From assembly GCA_963750165.1 (NCBI GenBank), contig CAVVPN010000010.1, positions 1-64,000 on the forward strand: a DNA stretch of 64,000 nt, written 5' to 3'. The stretch is from an uncultured Gemmataceae bacterium (GTDB taxonomy: Bacteria; Planctomycetota; Planctomycetia; Gemmatales; Gemmataceae). The notes beneath the pieces are model-generated. The model was given only the letters and a program-made list of their open reading frames with translations, made no database searches and was not told the DNA's origin. Shown one piece after another: positions 9,531 to 18,627 of this stretch (position 1 is its first letter; each line of letters opens with the position of its first letter). The position numbers and the translations under genes were made by a program.

Positions 9531-10133
9531 TCAGGGACGCAGGAGCCGTTCGCCCGCGTGCAACGCCGACTCCCATTCGGCCAGCCCCAACACTTCGTGC
9601 AGCCGTCTGGGCGGCGGCGGCGCTAGCGGACGCGCCTGCAGTGGCCGCTGATACCACACCACATCGTACCAGGCCCCGAGTTTGAAGCCGACATCCCGAT
9701 ACACGCCGACCGGCTCGAACCCCATGCTTTCATGCAGGCCCACGCTGGCCGGGTTCGGCAGCGTCACCCCGGCGTAAGCGTTGACGAAGCCCTGCAACGG
9801 CAGCAGCGCCAGCAGCGCCGTGTACAGCGCCCGCCCGACGCCCTGCCGCTGCCGTCCTTGCCGGATGTAGACGCTGGTATCGACCGACCAGCCGTAGGCC
9901 GCCCGCTCCCGATGGCCCGCGGCGTAGGCGTAGCCCAGCACTTCGCCGCCGTCGTCGCACACCAACCACGGGAGCTGTGCCAGGACCTTCCGGAGCCGCC
10001 CCCGCATCTCCTCGACGCTGGGCGGTTCCAGCTCGAATGAGATGGGTGTGTAACAGTACGGTGCGTACACGGCCTGGACCTGGGCGGCGTCATCGAGGGT
10101 GGCGAGACGGATGGTCGATGGCATGGCAGACAC
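9531..10133 (-). CDS. GNAT N-acetyltransferase, phosphinothricin/ArsN1-like
   Basis: ISFELEPPS, RERAAYGWSVDTSVY, PNPASVGLHESMGF, GFKLGAWYDV. Confidence 0.9.
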   Translation of the reverse strand: MSAMPSTIRLATLDDAAQVQAVYAPYCYTPISFELEPPSVEEMRGRLRKVLAQLPWLVCDDGGEVLGYAYAAGHRERAAYGWSVDTSVYIRQGRQRQGVGRALYTALLALLPLQGFVNAYAGVTLPNPASVGLHESMGFEPVGVYRDVGFKLGAWYDVVWYQRPLQARPLAPPPPRRLHEVLGLAEWESALHAGERLLRP

Positions 10134-10161
10134 CTTTCTACTCGCGTGTGACCTGGGATTG

Positions 10162-11125
10162 TCAATCGGGAAACGGGGGAGGGAGGTCTTTGCCGTTGTC
10201 CGGCTCCAGCACGTACCGCAGCCAGGGTTCTTCGCGAGCGCCGGCCCGGAACAAACTCAGCACACTCCCATCGCCCATCACAAGATAAAACGTGCCGTCC
10301 CGAGCAACACCGCCGAACTTCGGCAGTGGCCCGCCGCGGTCAAACGCCAGGTCGGCCGGCTTCGTCCACGGCACCGGCTCGGCGGCCTCGACAATGAGGA
10401 GCGTGTTGGAGGTTCCGTTGGGCCGAGTGTCCTTGATCAGGTGTGGCGCCCGGTTGTCGCGGAACAGGCCGGCGGTGCCGCCGATCACCTGGTAATGAGT
10501 GTGGTAAGCCTTGCGGTAGTTGCGAACCGGCTTGAAAACGTCGGGCATGCGCGGCAACAACGCGAGGTTGTGCGGGCTGTCCCACGGTTCATCGAGATGG
10601 AACTCCCGGTACAATTCCTCTTCACCCAGGTACGGCAGCAGGGCGACGCGCCAACTCAGGCCGCCGGGCTCCCCGGGTCGGCTGTTCGCGACGCGCGGCA
10701 AATGGAATTGATGTTCCGCAGCGTAGTTGTGCATCGCCTTGGCCAGTGTATCTAATTTGTTGTGGGCCTCGTTGCGCTGGGTGCCTTCCTGCATGATCTG
10801 CGCAGATCAAGAACAGGCCGCCGGGGTAAATGATGAGCGTGTTCAGGAAGAACCAGGGACCGAGCTGCGCGAACAGCGGGCAGCTGCTCGGTGGGTCGAA
10901 CGGCTGCGCGAGCGAATCGATCACGAGGCACACCACCCAGCCGGCAAAACTCAGGCCGAGGAAGATTTGGTATGCAAGGAAGATGACCGCACCCTCCTCC
11001 CGAAAACCGGAGACAACACACATACCGGCCGCACTGAGGCTCATCGCCAGGCAAACGCGGGCCAGGGCGATGCGCACGCGCCGAGTGCGGCGGCCCGGTT
11101 CAGGAGGTGCAAGGTCGGTGGCCAT
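10162..11125 (-). CDS. Membrane-anchored DUF1559 protein (frameshift near 10800)
   Basis: LSWRVALLPYL, FHLDEPWDSPHN, GTSNTLLIVEA, VPWTKPAD; N-terminal TM helices in the adjacent frame. Confidence 0.8.
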
Positions 11126-11236
11126 GTCGCGTCCGTTGGTGTAAACCCACCCCGTAATTAACACCACGACCGGAGGCGCCGCAAGCACATTTGCGGCCGC
11201 GCCGGTCGCTCCTTCTCCCAATCTGGGGGTGATCGG

Positions 11237-12157
11237 ATGTCAGACGCGCCGCGCATCTGCGTGATCGGTTCGGCGAACGTGGACCTGACCTTCCGCGTGC
11301 CCCGACTGCCGCGGCCGGGCGAAACCCTGGCCGGCCGCGAACTACACCTGGGCTGCGGCGGCAAGGGCGCCAACCAGGCGGTCGCGGCCGCACGCCTCGG
11401 GGCAGCGGTGTCCCTGGTTGCCCGCGTCGGCGATGACGCCTTCGGCCGCGAAGCCCTCCGTAGCTACCGCGCCGACGGTCTCGACACCACCCACGTCGCA
11501 ACCGACCCCGACCGGCCGACCGGCACCGCCGCCATCCTCGTGGACGACGCCGCCCAGAACTGCATTGTCATCGTGGCCGGGGCCAACGCCGGCCTGTCGG
11601 CCGCGGAGGTGCGCACGGCGGCCCCGGTCATCGCCGGAGCGGCCGCCGTGCTCTGCCAGCTGGAGGTGCCCCTCGACGCCACTCTGGAGGCTTTCCGCCT
11701 GGCCCGTGCCGCGGGCGTGTTGACCGTGTTGACGCCCGCCCCGGCCGCGGAACTGCCGGAGGAACTGTTCGGGCTCTGCGACCTCTGCGTGCCGAACGAG
11801 ACCGAGGTCGAATTGCTGACGGGGCGGCCGGCCGGAGACGTGGGCGGAGCGGAGGCGCTGCGGCGGCGCGGGGTGGGGGCGGTGGTCGTGACGCTGGGCA
11901 GCCGTGGAGCGTTGCTGCTGGACGGGGACGGGGCGACGCACTTGCCGGCGGTGCCGGTGGTGGCGGTGGACCCGACCGGGGCGGGCGACGCCTTCGCGGC
12001 CGGGCTGGCGGTGTTCCGGGCGGAGGGGCTGGCTCTGCGGGAAGCGGCCCGGCGGGCGAGCGTCGTCGCGGCGCTGACGGTAACCCGCCTCGGCACGCAG
12101 GTGGCCTTTCCGACGCGGGCCGAGGTTGCGGATCGGTTGGTGGCGGGACGGGGGTGA
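11237..12157 (+). CDS. rbsK: Ribokinase
   Basis: GGKGANQAVAAARLG, PNETE, DPTGAGDAF. Confidence 0.9.
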   Translation: MSDAPRICVIGSANVDLTFRVPRLPRPGETLAGRELHLGCGGKGANQAVAAARLGAAVSLVARVGDDAFGREALRSYRADGLDTTHVATDPDRPTGTAAILVDDAAQNCIVIVAGANAGLSAAEVRTAAPVIAGAAAVLCQLEVPLDATLEAFRLARAAGVLTVLTPAPAAELPEELFGLCDLCVPNETEVELLTGRPAGDVGGAEALRRRGVGAVVVTLGSRGALLLDGDGATHLPAVPVVAVDPTGAGDAFAAGLAVFRAEGLALREAARRASVVAALTVTRLGTQVAFPTRAEVADRLVAGRG

Positions 12158-12450
12158 GGAGTCACCGAACCACCAGAACCCGATTTATCGGTTCGCGTGG
12201 GGCTGCGCGAACCTAAAAACGGGGTCAGCGGGGGCCAGCCGACGAGGACCGCCGACGCCGCTGTCCCATGACGTGCAGTGAGCCCGAGCGCACGGCGCAC
12301 TCGGGCAATCTCGAAGCGGTTCCGTTGCACCCGGCGCCGCCTCTTTCTATAATGCATGGTTTAACGCCTGTGCGGTCGCGGCTGCGCGGCGCAGGCGTTT
12401 TCCGGCGGAGAGAGCGGCGGCCCCGGAGCGGGCGTTCGGGAGTGGCATCC

Positions 12451-13938
12451 ATGTTTGAAGGCATTACCCGCGGGCTCGGCGAGGCATTCAAGAAGCTCCG
12501 CGGCCAGGGCCGATTGACCGAAGCCAACATGCAGGACGGCCTGCGCGAGGTCCGCAAAGCCCTCCTGGAGGCCGACGTCAACTTCAACGTCGCCAACGAG
12601 TTCATCAAGCGCGTCGGCGAAAAAGCCATCGGCCGCGAGGTGCTCCGCTCCATCAAGCCGGGCGAACAGATTGTCAGCATCATTTACGAGGAACTCGTCG
12701 AGCTGATGGGGCCGGTGGACACCAAGTTCCACTTCGCCAAGGACCGGCCCACGGTCGTTATGCTGTGCGGTCTGCAGGGCAGTGGCAAAACCACCACCGC
12801 CGGCAAACTGGCGCTGCTGTTGCGCGACCGCTTCAACCGCAAGCCGCTGCTCGTTGCCGCCGACCTGCAGCGGCCCGCCGCCGTCGAGCAGATCAAGGTG
12901 CTCGGCCAGCAGCTCAACCTCTCCGTCTACGATGAGGGCAGCATCGCCGACGCCACCGCTGCCGGCACCAAACCGCCCAACCCCGTGGACGTGTGCCGCA
13001 ACGCCGTCGCCTTCGCCAAAAAGCAGTCGCTCGATACGGTCATCCTGGACACCGCCGGCCGGCTGCACATCGCCGAGATGCCGATGGACGAGCTGCGGCA
13101 GATCGACCGCCTCGTCAAGCCGGACGACGTGTTCTTCGTCTGCGACGCCATGACCGGCCAGGACGCCGTCAACAGCGCCAAGGCGTTCAACGACGCGCTC
13201 GACCTCAACGGCGTCATCATGACCAAGCTGGACGGCGACGCTCGCGGCGGCGCGGCGTTATCGATCAAGGAAGTGACGCAGGTGCCGATCAAATACATCG
13301 GCGTCGGCGAAAAATTGCAGGCCCTGGAGGAGTTCCGGCCCGAGGGCATGGCCCAGCGCATCATGGGTCAGGGCGACATCATGGGCCTGATCCAGAAGGT
13401 CGCCTCGGTGCAGCAGCAGCTGACCCAGGAGGAGATCGAGGCCCAGCAGAAGAAGTTGGAAAAGGGCAACTTCACGCTGGACGACTTCCTGAAGCAGTTC
13501 CAGATGATGCAGAAGATGGGCGGCATGAAGGATCTGCTGGCCCAGATGCCCGGCGGTTTCGCGGACATGATCCCGGAGGGCGAGGATCCCGAGGTGGCGA
13601 TCAAGCGCATCCAGGGCATGATCCACTCGATGAGCAAGAAGGAGCGGCACGATCCAGATATTATCGACATGAGCCGGCGGCGGCGCATCGCCGCGGGCAG
13701 CGGCACCGAGCCGCACGAGATCAAGCAGTTCCTCGGCCAGTTCGAGCAGGTGCGGACGCTGATGCGGCAGATGGCGCAGATGAGTATCTGGGACCGCATC
13801 AAGATGGTGACCGGGTTGGGCAAGGCGGGCATGTTCCAGCCCGGAGCGGTGATGCCGAAGAACAAGATCGGCACCGGCCACCGCAAGACCGCCAAGGAAC
13901 GGGCCGATGAGCGCAAGAAGAAACGGAAGAAACGCTGA
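12451..13938 (+). CDS. ffh: Signal recognition particle protein
   Basis: GLQGSGKTTT, DTAGR, TKLDGDARGG, M domain. Confidence 0.97.
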   Translation: MFEGITRGLGEAFKKLRGQGRLTEANMQDGLREVRKALLEADVNFNVANEFIKRVGEKAIGREVLRSIKPGEQIVSIIYEELVELMGPVDTKFHFAKDRPTVVMLCGLQGSGKTTTAGKLALLLRDRFNRKPLLVAADLQRPAAVEQIKVLGQQLNLSVYDEGSIADATAAGTKPPNPVDVCRNAVAFAKKQSLDTVILDTAGRLHIAEMPMDELRQIDRLVKPDDVFFVCDAMTGQDAVNSAKAFNDALDLNGVIMTKLDGDARGGAALSIKEVTQVPIKYIGVGEKLQALEEFRPEGMAQRIMGQGDIMGLIQKVASVQQQLTQEEIEAQQKKLEKGNFTLDDFLKQFQMMQKMGGMKDLLAQMPGGFADMIPEGEDPEVAIKRIQGMIHSMSKKERHDPDIIDMSRRRRIAAGSGTEPHEIKQFLGQFEQVRTLMRQMAQMSIWDRIKMVTGLGKAGMFQPGAVMPKNKIGTGHRKTAKERADERKKKRKKR

Positions 13939-13944
13939 CAAAGA

Positions 13945-14005
13945 AGTCATTAGTCATTAGTCATTAGTGAAAGGGCCAATGACTAATGACTAATGACTGA
14001 TGACT
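13945..14005. repeat. Inverted arrays of heptamer (AGTCATT)3 / (AATGACT)3-4
   Basis: Read directly from the sequence between ffh and rpsP. Confidence 0.9.
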
Positions 14006-14021
14006 ACAGAAAGGTGACCTT

Positions 14022-14345
14022 GTGGCAGTTCGCATTCGCATGAAGTTGATGGGCCGGAAGCACCGGCCGTACTATCGCATCGTGGCCATCGACGGCCGCC
14101 AGCCGCGCGACGGCCGCGTCCTGGAGGAACTGGGCTCGTACGACCCGATGGTCAAGAACACGGACGACCGCGTTAAACTGCGGCCGGATCGCATCAAATA
14201 TTGGCAGAGCGTCGGTGCGCTGCCGAGCGAAAAGGTCGCGGTGCTGCTGAAGAAGTACATGGACAAGTGGGAGAAGGCGCAGGCCGAGGCCGCCGCTGCG
14301 GCCGCCGCGCCGCCGTCCGAACCGGCCCCGGCGCCGACGGCGTGA
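14022..14345 (+). CDS. rpsP: 30S ribosomal protein S16
   Basis: VRIRMKLMGRKHRPYYRIVAID..RDGR. Confidence 0.97.
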   Translation: MAVRIRMKLMGRKHRPYYRIVAIDGRQPRDGRVLEELGSYDPMVKNTDDRVKLRPDRIKYWQSVGALPSEKVAVLLKKYMDKWEKAQAEAAAAAAAPPSEPAPAPTA

Positions 14346-14349
14346 TCGA

Positions 14350-14452
14350 TTTTCTGCCGCTTGCGGCTTGGCGCTCTGCGATCCTCCTGGCGCTAGATTT
14401 ATCGTTTCGCGCCGGGAGGGATGCAGCGCGCCAAGCCGCAAGCGGCAGAAAG
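14350..14452. repeat. REP-like palindrome
   Basis: TTTCTGCCGCTTGCGGCTTGGCGC...GCGCCAAGCCGCAAGCGGCAGAAA; partial copy near 61943. Confidence 0.75.
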
Positions 14453-14461
14453 ACAAGGCTT

Positions 14462-15187
14462 ATGCGCTTCGACGTGCTAACGCTGTTCCCGGACCTGTTC
14501 CAGGGCTACCTGACGCAGAGCATCCTCAAGCTGGCGCTGCAACAGGGCCTGGTGGAAATCCACCTGTGGAACCTCCGCGACTGGGCCGCCGGCAAGCACA
14601 AGAGCGTCGATGACCGGCCCTTCGGCGGCGGCCCCGGGATGGTCATCATGCCCGGCCCGGTGTACGCCGCTGTCGAGGACGTGCAGGGCCGCGCTGCTGA
14701 GCCGGGCACGCTCATTCTGCTGACGCCCGCCGGCGAACGGCTGACGCAGGCGGTCGTGCAGGAACTGGCCGGCCACAAGCGGCTGCTGTTGCTGTGCGGT
14801 CGCTACGAGGGCTTCGACGAGCGCATTCGGCTGGGTTTGAAGCCGCGTGAGCTGTCGGTCGGCGACTTCATCTGCAACGGCGGCGAGGTGCCGGCGATGG
14901 TCGTCATCGACACGGTGATCCGCTACGTGCCGGGCGTGCTCGGTGATGAGGCGAGCGTCGCCGAGGAGTCGCACAGCGAGCCCGGTAAGCTAGAGTATCC
15001 ACAGTACACCCGGCCGCGCGAGTTCCGCGGCATGACGGTGCCGGAGATTTTGCTGAGCGGCGATCACGGAGCCATCGCCCGCTGGCGGCGCGAACAATCC
15101 GCCTTGCGCAGCCAGCCCGGCGGCCCCACCAACGAGCCAATGACACCAACGAACGAAGGAGAAAGTCATGAAGAACCGCTTGCTTGA
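14462..15187 (+). CDS. trmD: tRNA (guanine-N1)-methyltransferase
   Basis: DDRPFGGGPGM, CGRYEGFDER, LEYPQYTRP. Confidence 0.97.
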   Translation: MRFDVLTLFPDLFQGYLTQSILKLALQQGLVEIHLWNLRDWAAGKHKSVDDRPFGGGPGMVIMPGPVYAAVEDVQGRAAEPGTLILLTPAGERLTQAVVQELAGHKRLLLLCGRYEGFDERIRLGLKPRELSVGDFICNGGEVPAMVVIDTVIRYVPGVLGDEASVAEESHSEPGKLEYPQYTRPREFRGMTVPEILLSGDHGAIARWRREQSALRSQPGGPTNEPMTPTNEGESHEEPLA

Positions 15188-15557
15188 ACTGGTGGAGGAA
15201 GCCAGCCTCAAAAAAGAGGTGCCGGTGTTCACCATCGGCGACTCGGTGGACGTACACCAGCGCATTCTCGAAGGCGAGAAGGAGCGTGTGCAAGTCTTCA
15301 GCGGCGTGGTCATCGCGATGAAGGGCGACGGCATGCGCGAGATGTTCACGGTGCGGCGCATCGTGCAGAACGAGGGCGTCGAGCGCACGTTCCCGCTGCA
15401 CTCGCCGAAGATCGCCAAGGTGGAGGTCAAGCGCACCGGCGTGGTGCGGCGGGCCAAGCTGTACTACCTGCGCGACCGCGTCGGCAAGGCCACGCGCCTG
15501 CGCGAGCGCACGCCCAAGCCCGCCAGGAAGCAGGAAGCGCCGGCGAAAACAGAGTAA
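15168..15557 (+). CDS. rplS: 50S ribosomal protein L19
   Basis: EGEKERVQVFSGVVI, VRRAKLYYLR. Confidence 0.97.
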   Translation: MKNRLLELVEEASLKKEVPVFTIGDSVDVHQRILEGEKERVQVFSGVVIAMKGDGMREMFTVRRIVQNEGVERTFPLHSPKIAKVEVKRTGVVRRAKLYYLRDRVGKATRLRERTPKPARKQEAPAKTE

Positions 15558-15562
15558 TGCGA

Positions 15563-15676
15563 TTCACCACAAAGACACAAAGGGCACAAAGGAAAAGACA
15601 AAAGCGCAAGCGGGGAACGAACAACTTCCTCCGGTCTCTGCCTTTTCCTTTGTGGTCTTTGTGTCTTTGTGGTGAA
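15563..15676. repeat. REP-like palindrome
   Basis: TTCACCACAAAGACACAAAG...CTTTGTGTCTTTGTGGTGAA. Confidence 0.8.
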
Positions 15677-15694
15677 ACTTTTTGGGACTTCACC

Positions 15695-16102
15695 ATGTCC
15701 GCGGCCAGCAAACCCTGGTGGCGGCGCTGGTTCGGCACCCGGGCCGAGCGCGCCGCGGCGCGGTTCCTGCAGCGCCTGGGCTACCGCGTGCTGCGCCGCA
15801 ACTACCGCTGCCCCGCGGGCGAACTGGACCTGATCGCCCTGGACGGCCGCACGCTGGTCTTCGTCGAGGTGCGCTCCACCGGCGGCGCCGACGCCACTGC
15901 GGCCGCGGCTTCCGTGGACGCCGCCAAGCAGCAGCGGCTGACGCGGCTGGCGCTGCACTTCCTGCAAGCCCACCGCCTGCTCGGCCGGCCCGCTCGCTTC
16001 GACGTGCTCACCGTTCACTGGCCCGACGGCCAACGCCAACCGGCCATCGAGCACTTCGCCAACGCCTTTGAGGCGGTCGGCCGCTTTCAACTGTTCTCGT
16101 GA
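15695..16102 (+). CDS. yraN: YraN (UPF0102) family protein
   Basis: RNYRCPAGELDLIA, LVFVEVRS, RFDV. Confidence 0.9.
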   Translation: MSAASKPWWRRWFGTRAERAAARFLQRLGYRVLRRNYRCPAGELDLIALDGRTLVFVEVRSTGGADATAAAASVDAAKQQRLTRLALHFLQAHRLLGRPARFDVLTVHWPDGQRQPAIEHFANAFEAVGRFQLFS

Positions 16103-16111
16103 GGGACCACC

Positions 16112-17332
16112 GTGAAACCCGTGGACGAACAACTGGCGCTGATCCGCCGCGGCGCCGAACAGGTCGTACCGGAGGACGAGCTGCGCAAGAAGCTCGAACG
16201 CAGCGTCAAGACGGGCAAGCCGCTGCGCGTCAAGTACGGCATCGACCCGACCGGCATCGACGTACACCTCGGCCACACGGTCCCCTTGCGGAAACTGCGG
16301 CTCTTCCAGGAACTGGGCCATCAAGCGGTGCTCATCCTCGGCAACTACACGGCCCTGGTCGGCGACCCCAGCGGCCGCGATCAGACGCGCGTTCGCCTGA
16401 CGCCGGAGAAGGTCGAGGAGAACGCCCGCGATTACCTCAAGCAGATCAGCCGCATCATCGACATCGGCAAGACCGAGGTGACGCGCAACGGCGACTGGTT
16501 CTCGAAAATGACGTTCCTGGACGTGCTGAGCCTGACGAGCAAGATCACCCTGCAGCGCATGCTGGAGCGCGACGACTTCACCAAGCGCCACAAGGGTGGC
16601 ATCCCGATCGGCCTGCACGAGTGCCTGTACCCGCTGATGCAGGGCCACGACAGCGTTGAGATCAAGGCGGACATCGAACTGGGCGGCAGCGAACAGCTGT
16701 TCAATCTGATGGTGGGCCGCAAACTGCAAGAAGACGCTGGCCAGGAGCCGCAGATTTGCCTGACCCTGCCGATTCTGCGCGGCCTGGACGGCGTCCGCCG
16801 CATGGGCAAGAGCCTTGGCAATTACGTCGGTGTTGCCGACTCGCCGAAGGACATGTTCGGCAAGACCATGAGCATCCCGGACGAGTTGATGCGCGAGTGG
16901 TTCGAACTGCTGACCGACCGCAGCGAGGCGGAGATTGCCCGGCTGACGGACGCGGCGCAGACGCACCCGCGGCAGGCCAAGGAGGTGCTGGGCAAGGACC
17001 TCGTGACGTTCTACCACGGCGCCGCGGCGGCGGACGCGGCGGCGCTGGAGTTCGCCAACATTTTCAAGGCCGGCGGCGACCCCGACGAGATTCCCGAGGT
17101 GCCCGTGCCCGCGGCGGAACTGACGGACGGGAAAATCTGGGTCTGCAAATTGCTGGTGCTCGCCGGCCTGGCGGCGAGCAACAACGACGCCCGGCGGGCG
17201 GTCGAGGCGGGCAGCGTCAACATCGGGCCGGAACACGAGAAGGTCACCGACCCGAAGGCCAACGTAGCGGTCACGGACGGCCTGGTGGTGCGCAACGGCA
17301 AGAAAAAGGTGGTGCGGTTGCGGCTGGGCTGA
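16112..17332 (+). CDS. tyrS: Tyrosyl-tRNA synthetase
   Basis: GIDPTGIDVHLGH, RMGKSLGN, C-terminal S4 domain. Confidence 0.95.
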   Translation: MKPVDEQLALIRRGAEQVVPEDELRKKLERSVKTGKPLRVKYGIDPTGIDVHLGHTVPLRKLRLFQELGHQAVLILGNYTALVGDPSGRDQTRVRLTPEKVEENARDYLKQISRIIDIGKTEVTRNGDWFSKMTFLDVLSLTSKITLQRMLERDDFTKRHKGGIPIGLHECLYPLMQGHDSVEIKADIELGGSEQLFNLMVGRKLQEDAGQEPQICLTLPILRGLDGVRRMGKSLGNYVGVADSPKDMFGKTMSIPDELMREWFELLTDRSEAEIARLTDAAQTHPRQAKEVLGKDLVTFYHGAAAADAAALEFANIFKAGGDPDEIPEVPVPAAELTDGKIWVCKLLVLAGLAASNNDARRAVEAGSVNIGPEHEKVTDPKANVAVTDGLVVRNGKKKVVRLRLG

Positions 17333-17347
17333 CCGGCGGACTCGGAC

Positions 17348-17479
17348 CTCGCGTTCCCACGCGGAGCGTGGGAACGCACGCCCGGACGCTCCGCGTCCTG
17401 CCCTCCCTGGTTCGAAGTTCCCGAAGATGGAACGCAGAGCGTCCCCCACGTGCGTTCCCACGCGGAGCGTGGGAACGAG
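17348..17479. repeat. REP cluster with two GTTCCCACGCGGAGCGTGGGAAC palindromes
   Basis: Two copies, near 17353 and 17454. Confidence 0.8.
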
Positions 17480-17515
17480 AGAGTGTTGCCCTGGGCTGAT
17501 CTCCCTGGAGTGTCC

Positions 17516-18061
17516 ATGCCCGACACGATTTCCTGTCCCCAGTGCCGCAAGATCCTCGCCGTCCCCGAGTCGTTGTACGGCACGCAGGTGCAGTGCCCGG
17601 CCTGCGGGGCCGTGTTCATGGCGGGCCCGACCGGCGTGTCGCCGTCGCCGCTGCCGCCGCAGCCACCGCCGCTGCCCCAGGAACGGCCGATGCTGCGCTT
17701 CGAGGAACAGGAGCCGCCGCGCAGGCCGCGCTACGACGATTACGACGACCGCCGCCGCGACCGCGATTATTACGACCGCGGCCCGCGCCGCGACGTGCAA
17801 CCGCACCGCGGCGGTCTGATCCTGACGCTCGGGATTATTGGCCTGGTGGTATCCTGCTGCCCGCTCCTGGGCTGGATCTTCGGCGGCATCGCCACGAACA
17901 TGGCCAACGCCGACCTGCTGAAAATGACCCACGGCGACATGGACTCCGACGGCCGCGGCCAGACCGAGACGGGCAAACTGCTCGGCAACATCGCCATCGG
18001 CATCGCCACCGTCTCCGCCCTGCTGGGGTGCCTGATCCGGCTGGGCGGCGGCTTTCGTTAA
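17516..18061 (+). CDS. Zinc-ribbon / DUF4190-like membrane protein
   Basis: CPQC..CPAC, RDYYD low-complexity linker, PHRGGLILTLGII TM domain. Confidence 0.75.
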   Translation: MPDTISCPQCRKILAVPESLYGTQVQCPACGAVFMAGPTGVSPSPLPPQPPPLPQERPMLRFEEQEPPRRPRYDDYDDRRRDRDYYDRGPRRDVQPHRGGLILTLGIIGLVVSCCPLLGWIFGGIATNMANADLLKMTHGDMDSDGRGQTETGKLLGNIAIGIATVSALLGCLIRLGGGFR

Positions 18062-18074
18062 CCGCGGGGGACCC

Positions 18075-18518
18075 GTGACCGCCATCGACATCGGGCCGTT
18101 CGCCGAGGCCGACGCCGCGGGCGTCGAGGCCCTGTGGCGCGAGGTCTTTCCCCACGAGCCGGCCCATAACGTGCCCGCCGAGATCATCGCGTGCAAGCTG
18201 GCGCGGCAGCACGAGCTGTTCCTGGTGGCGCGGGCCGACGAGGCGGTGGTCGGCACGGTGCTGGCGGGCTACGACGGTTACCGCGGCTGGATTTACAAGA
18301 TGGCGGTCAGCCCGCGCCACCAGCGCCGCGGCGTCGGCACCGCCCTGTTGCGCCGCGCCGAGAACTTGCTCGCCGACCTGGGCTGTCCAAAGATCAACCT
18401 GCAAGTGCGGACCACGAACGAAGCGGTGATCGCCTTCTATGAGAAGCTCGGCTACCGTGTCGAACCGCTGGTCAGCATGGGCAAACGCTTGCCACCCGCT
18501 GAACCGGCCAGGGGATGA
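18075..18518 (+). CDS. GNAT acetyltransferase (YpeA-like)
   Basis: AGYDGYRGWIY, GCPKINLQVR, FYEKLGY. Confidence 0.85.
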   Translation: MTAIDIGPFAEADAAGVEALWREVFPHEPAHNVPAEIIACKLARQHELFLVARADEAVVGTVLAGYDGYRGWIYKMAVSPRHQRRGVGTALLRRAENLLADLGCPKINLQVRTTNEAVIAFYEKLGYRVEPLVSMGKRLPPAEPARG

Positions 18519-18627
18519 TGCTCCCCTTGATCCGCTTTCGCCCCGAGCAAGGACCGGCAACGGCTGACACGGCCGGCGGCGGTGTACAATGGGGGAGAGA
18601 TCGCCCACCGCTCGCAGGAGATGAACC

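Noticed and set aside
12158..12450. SRP RNA or riboswitch upstream of ffh
   Set aside because: Short hairpins are present, but the SRP helix-8 consensus and known aptamer motifs were not seen.
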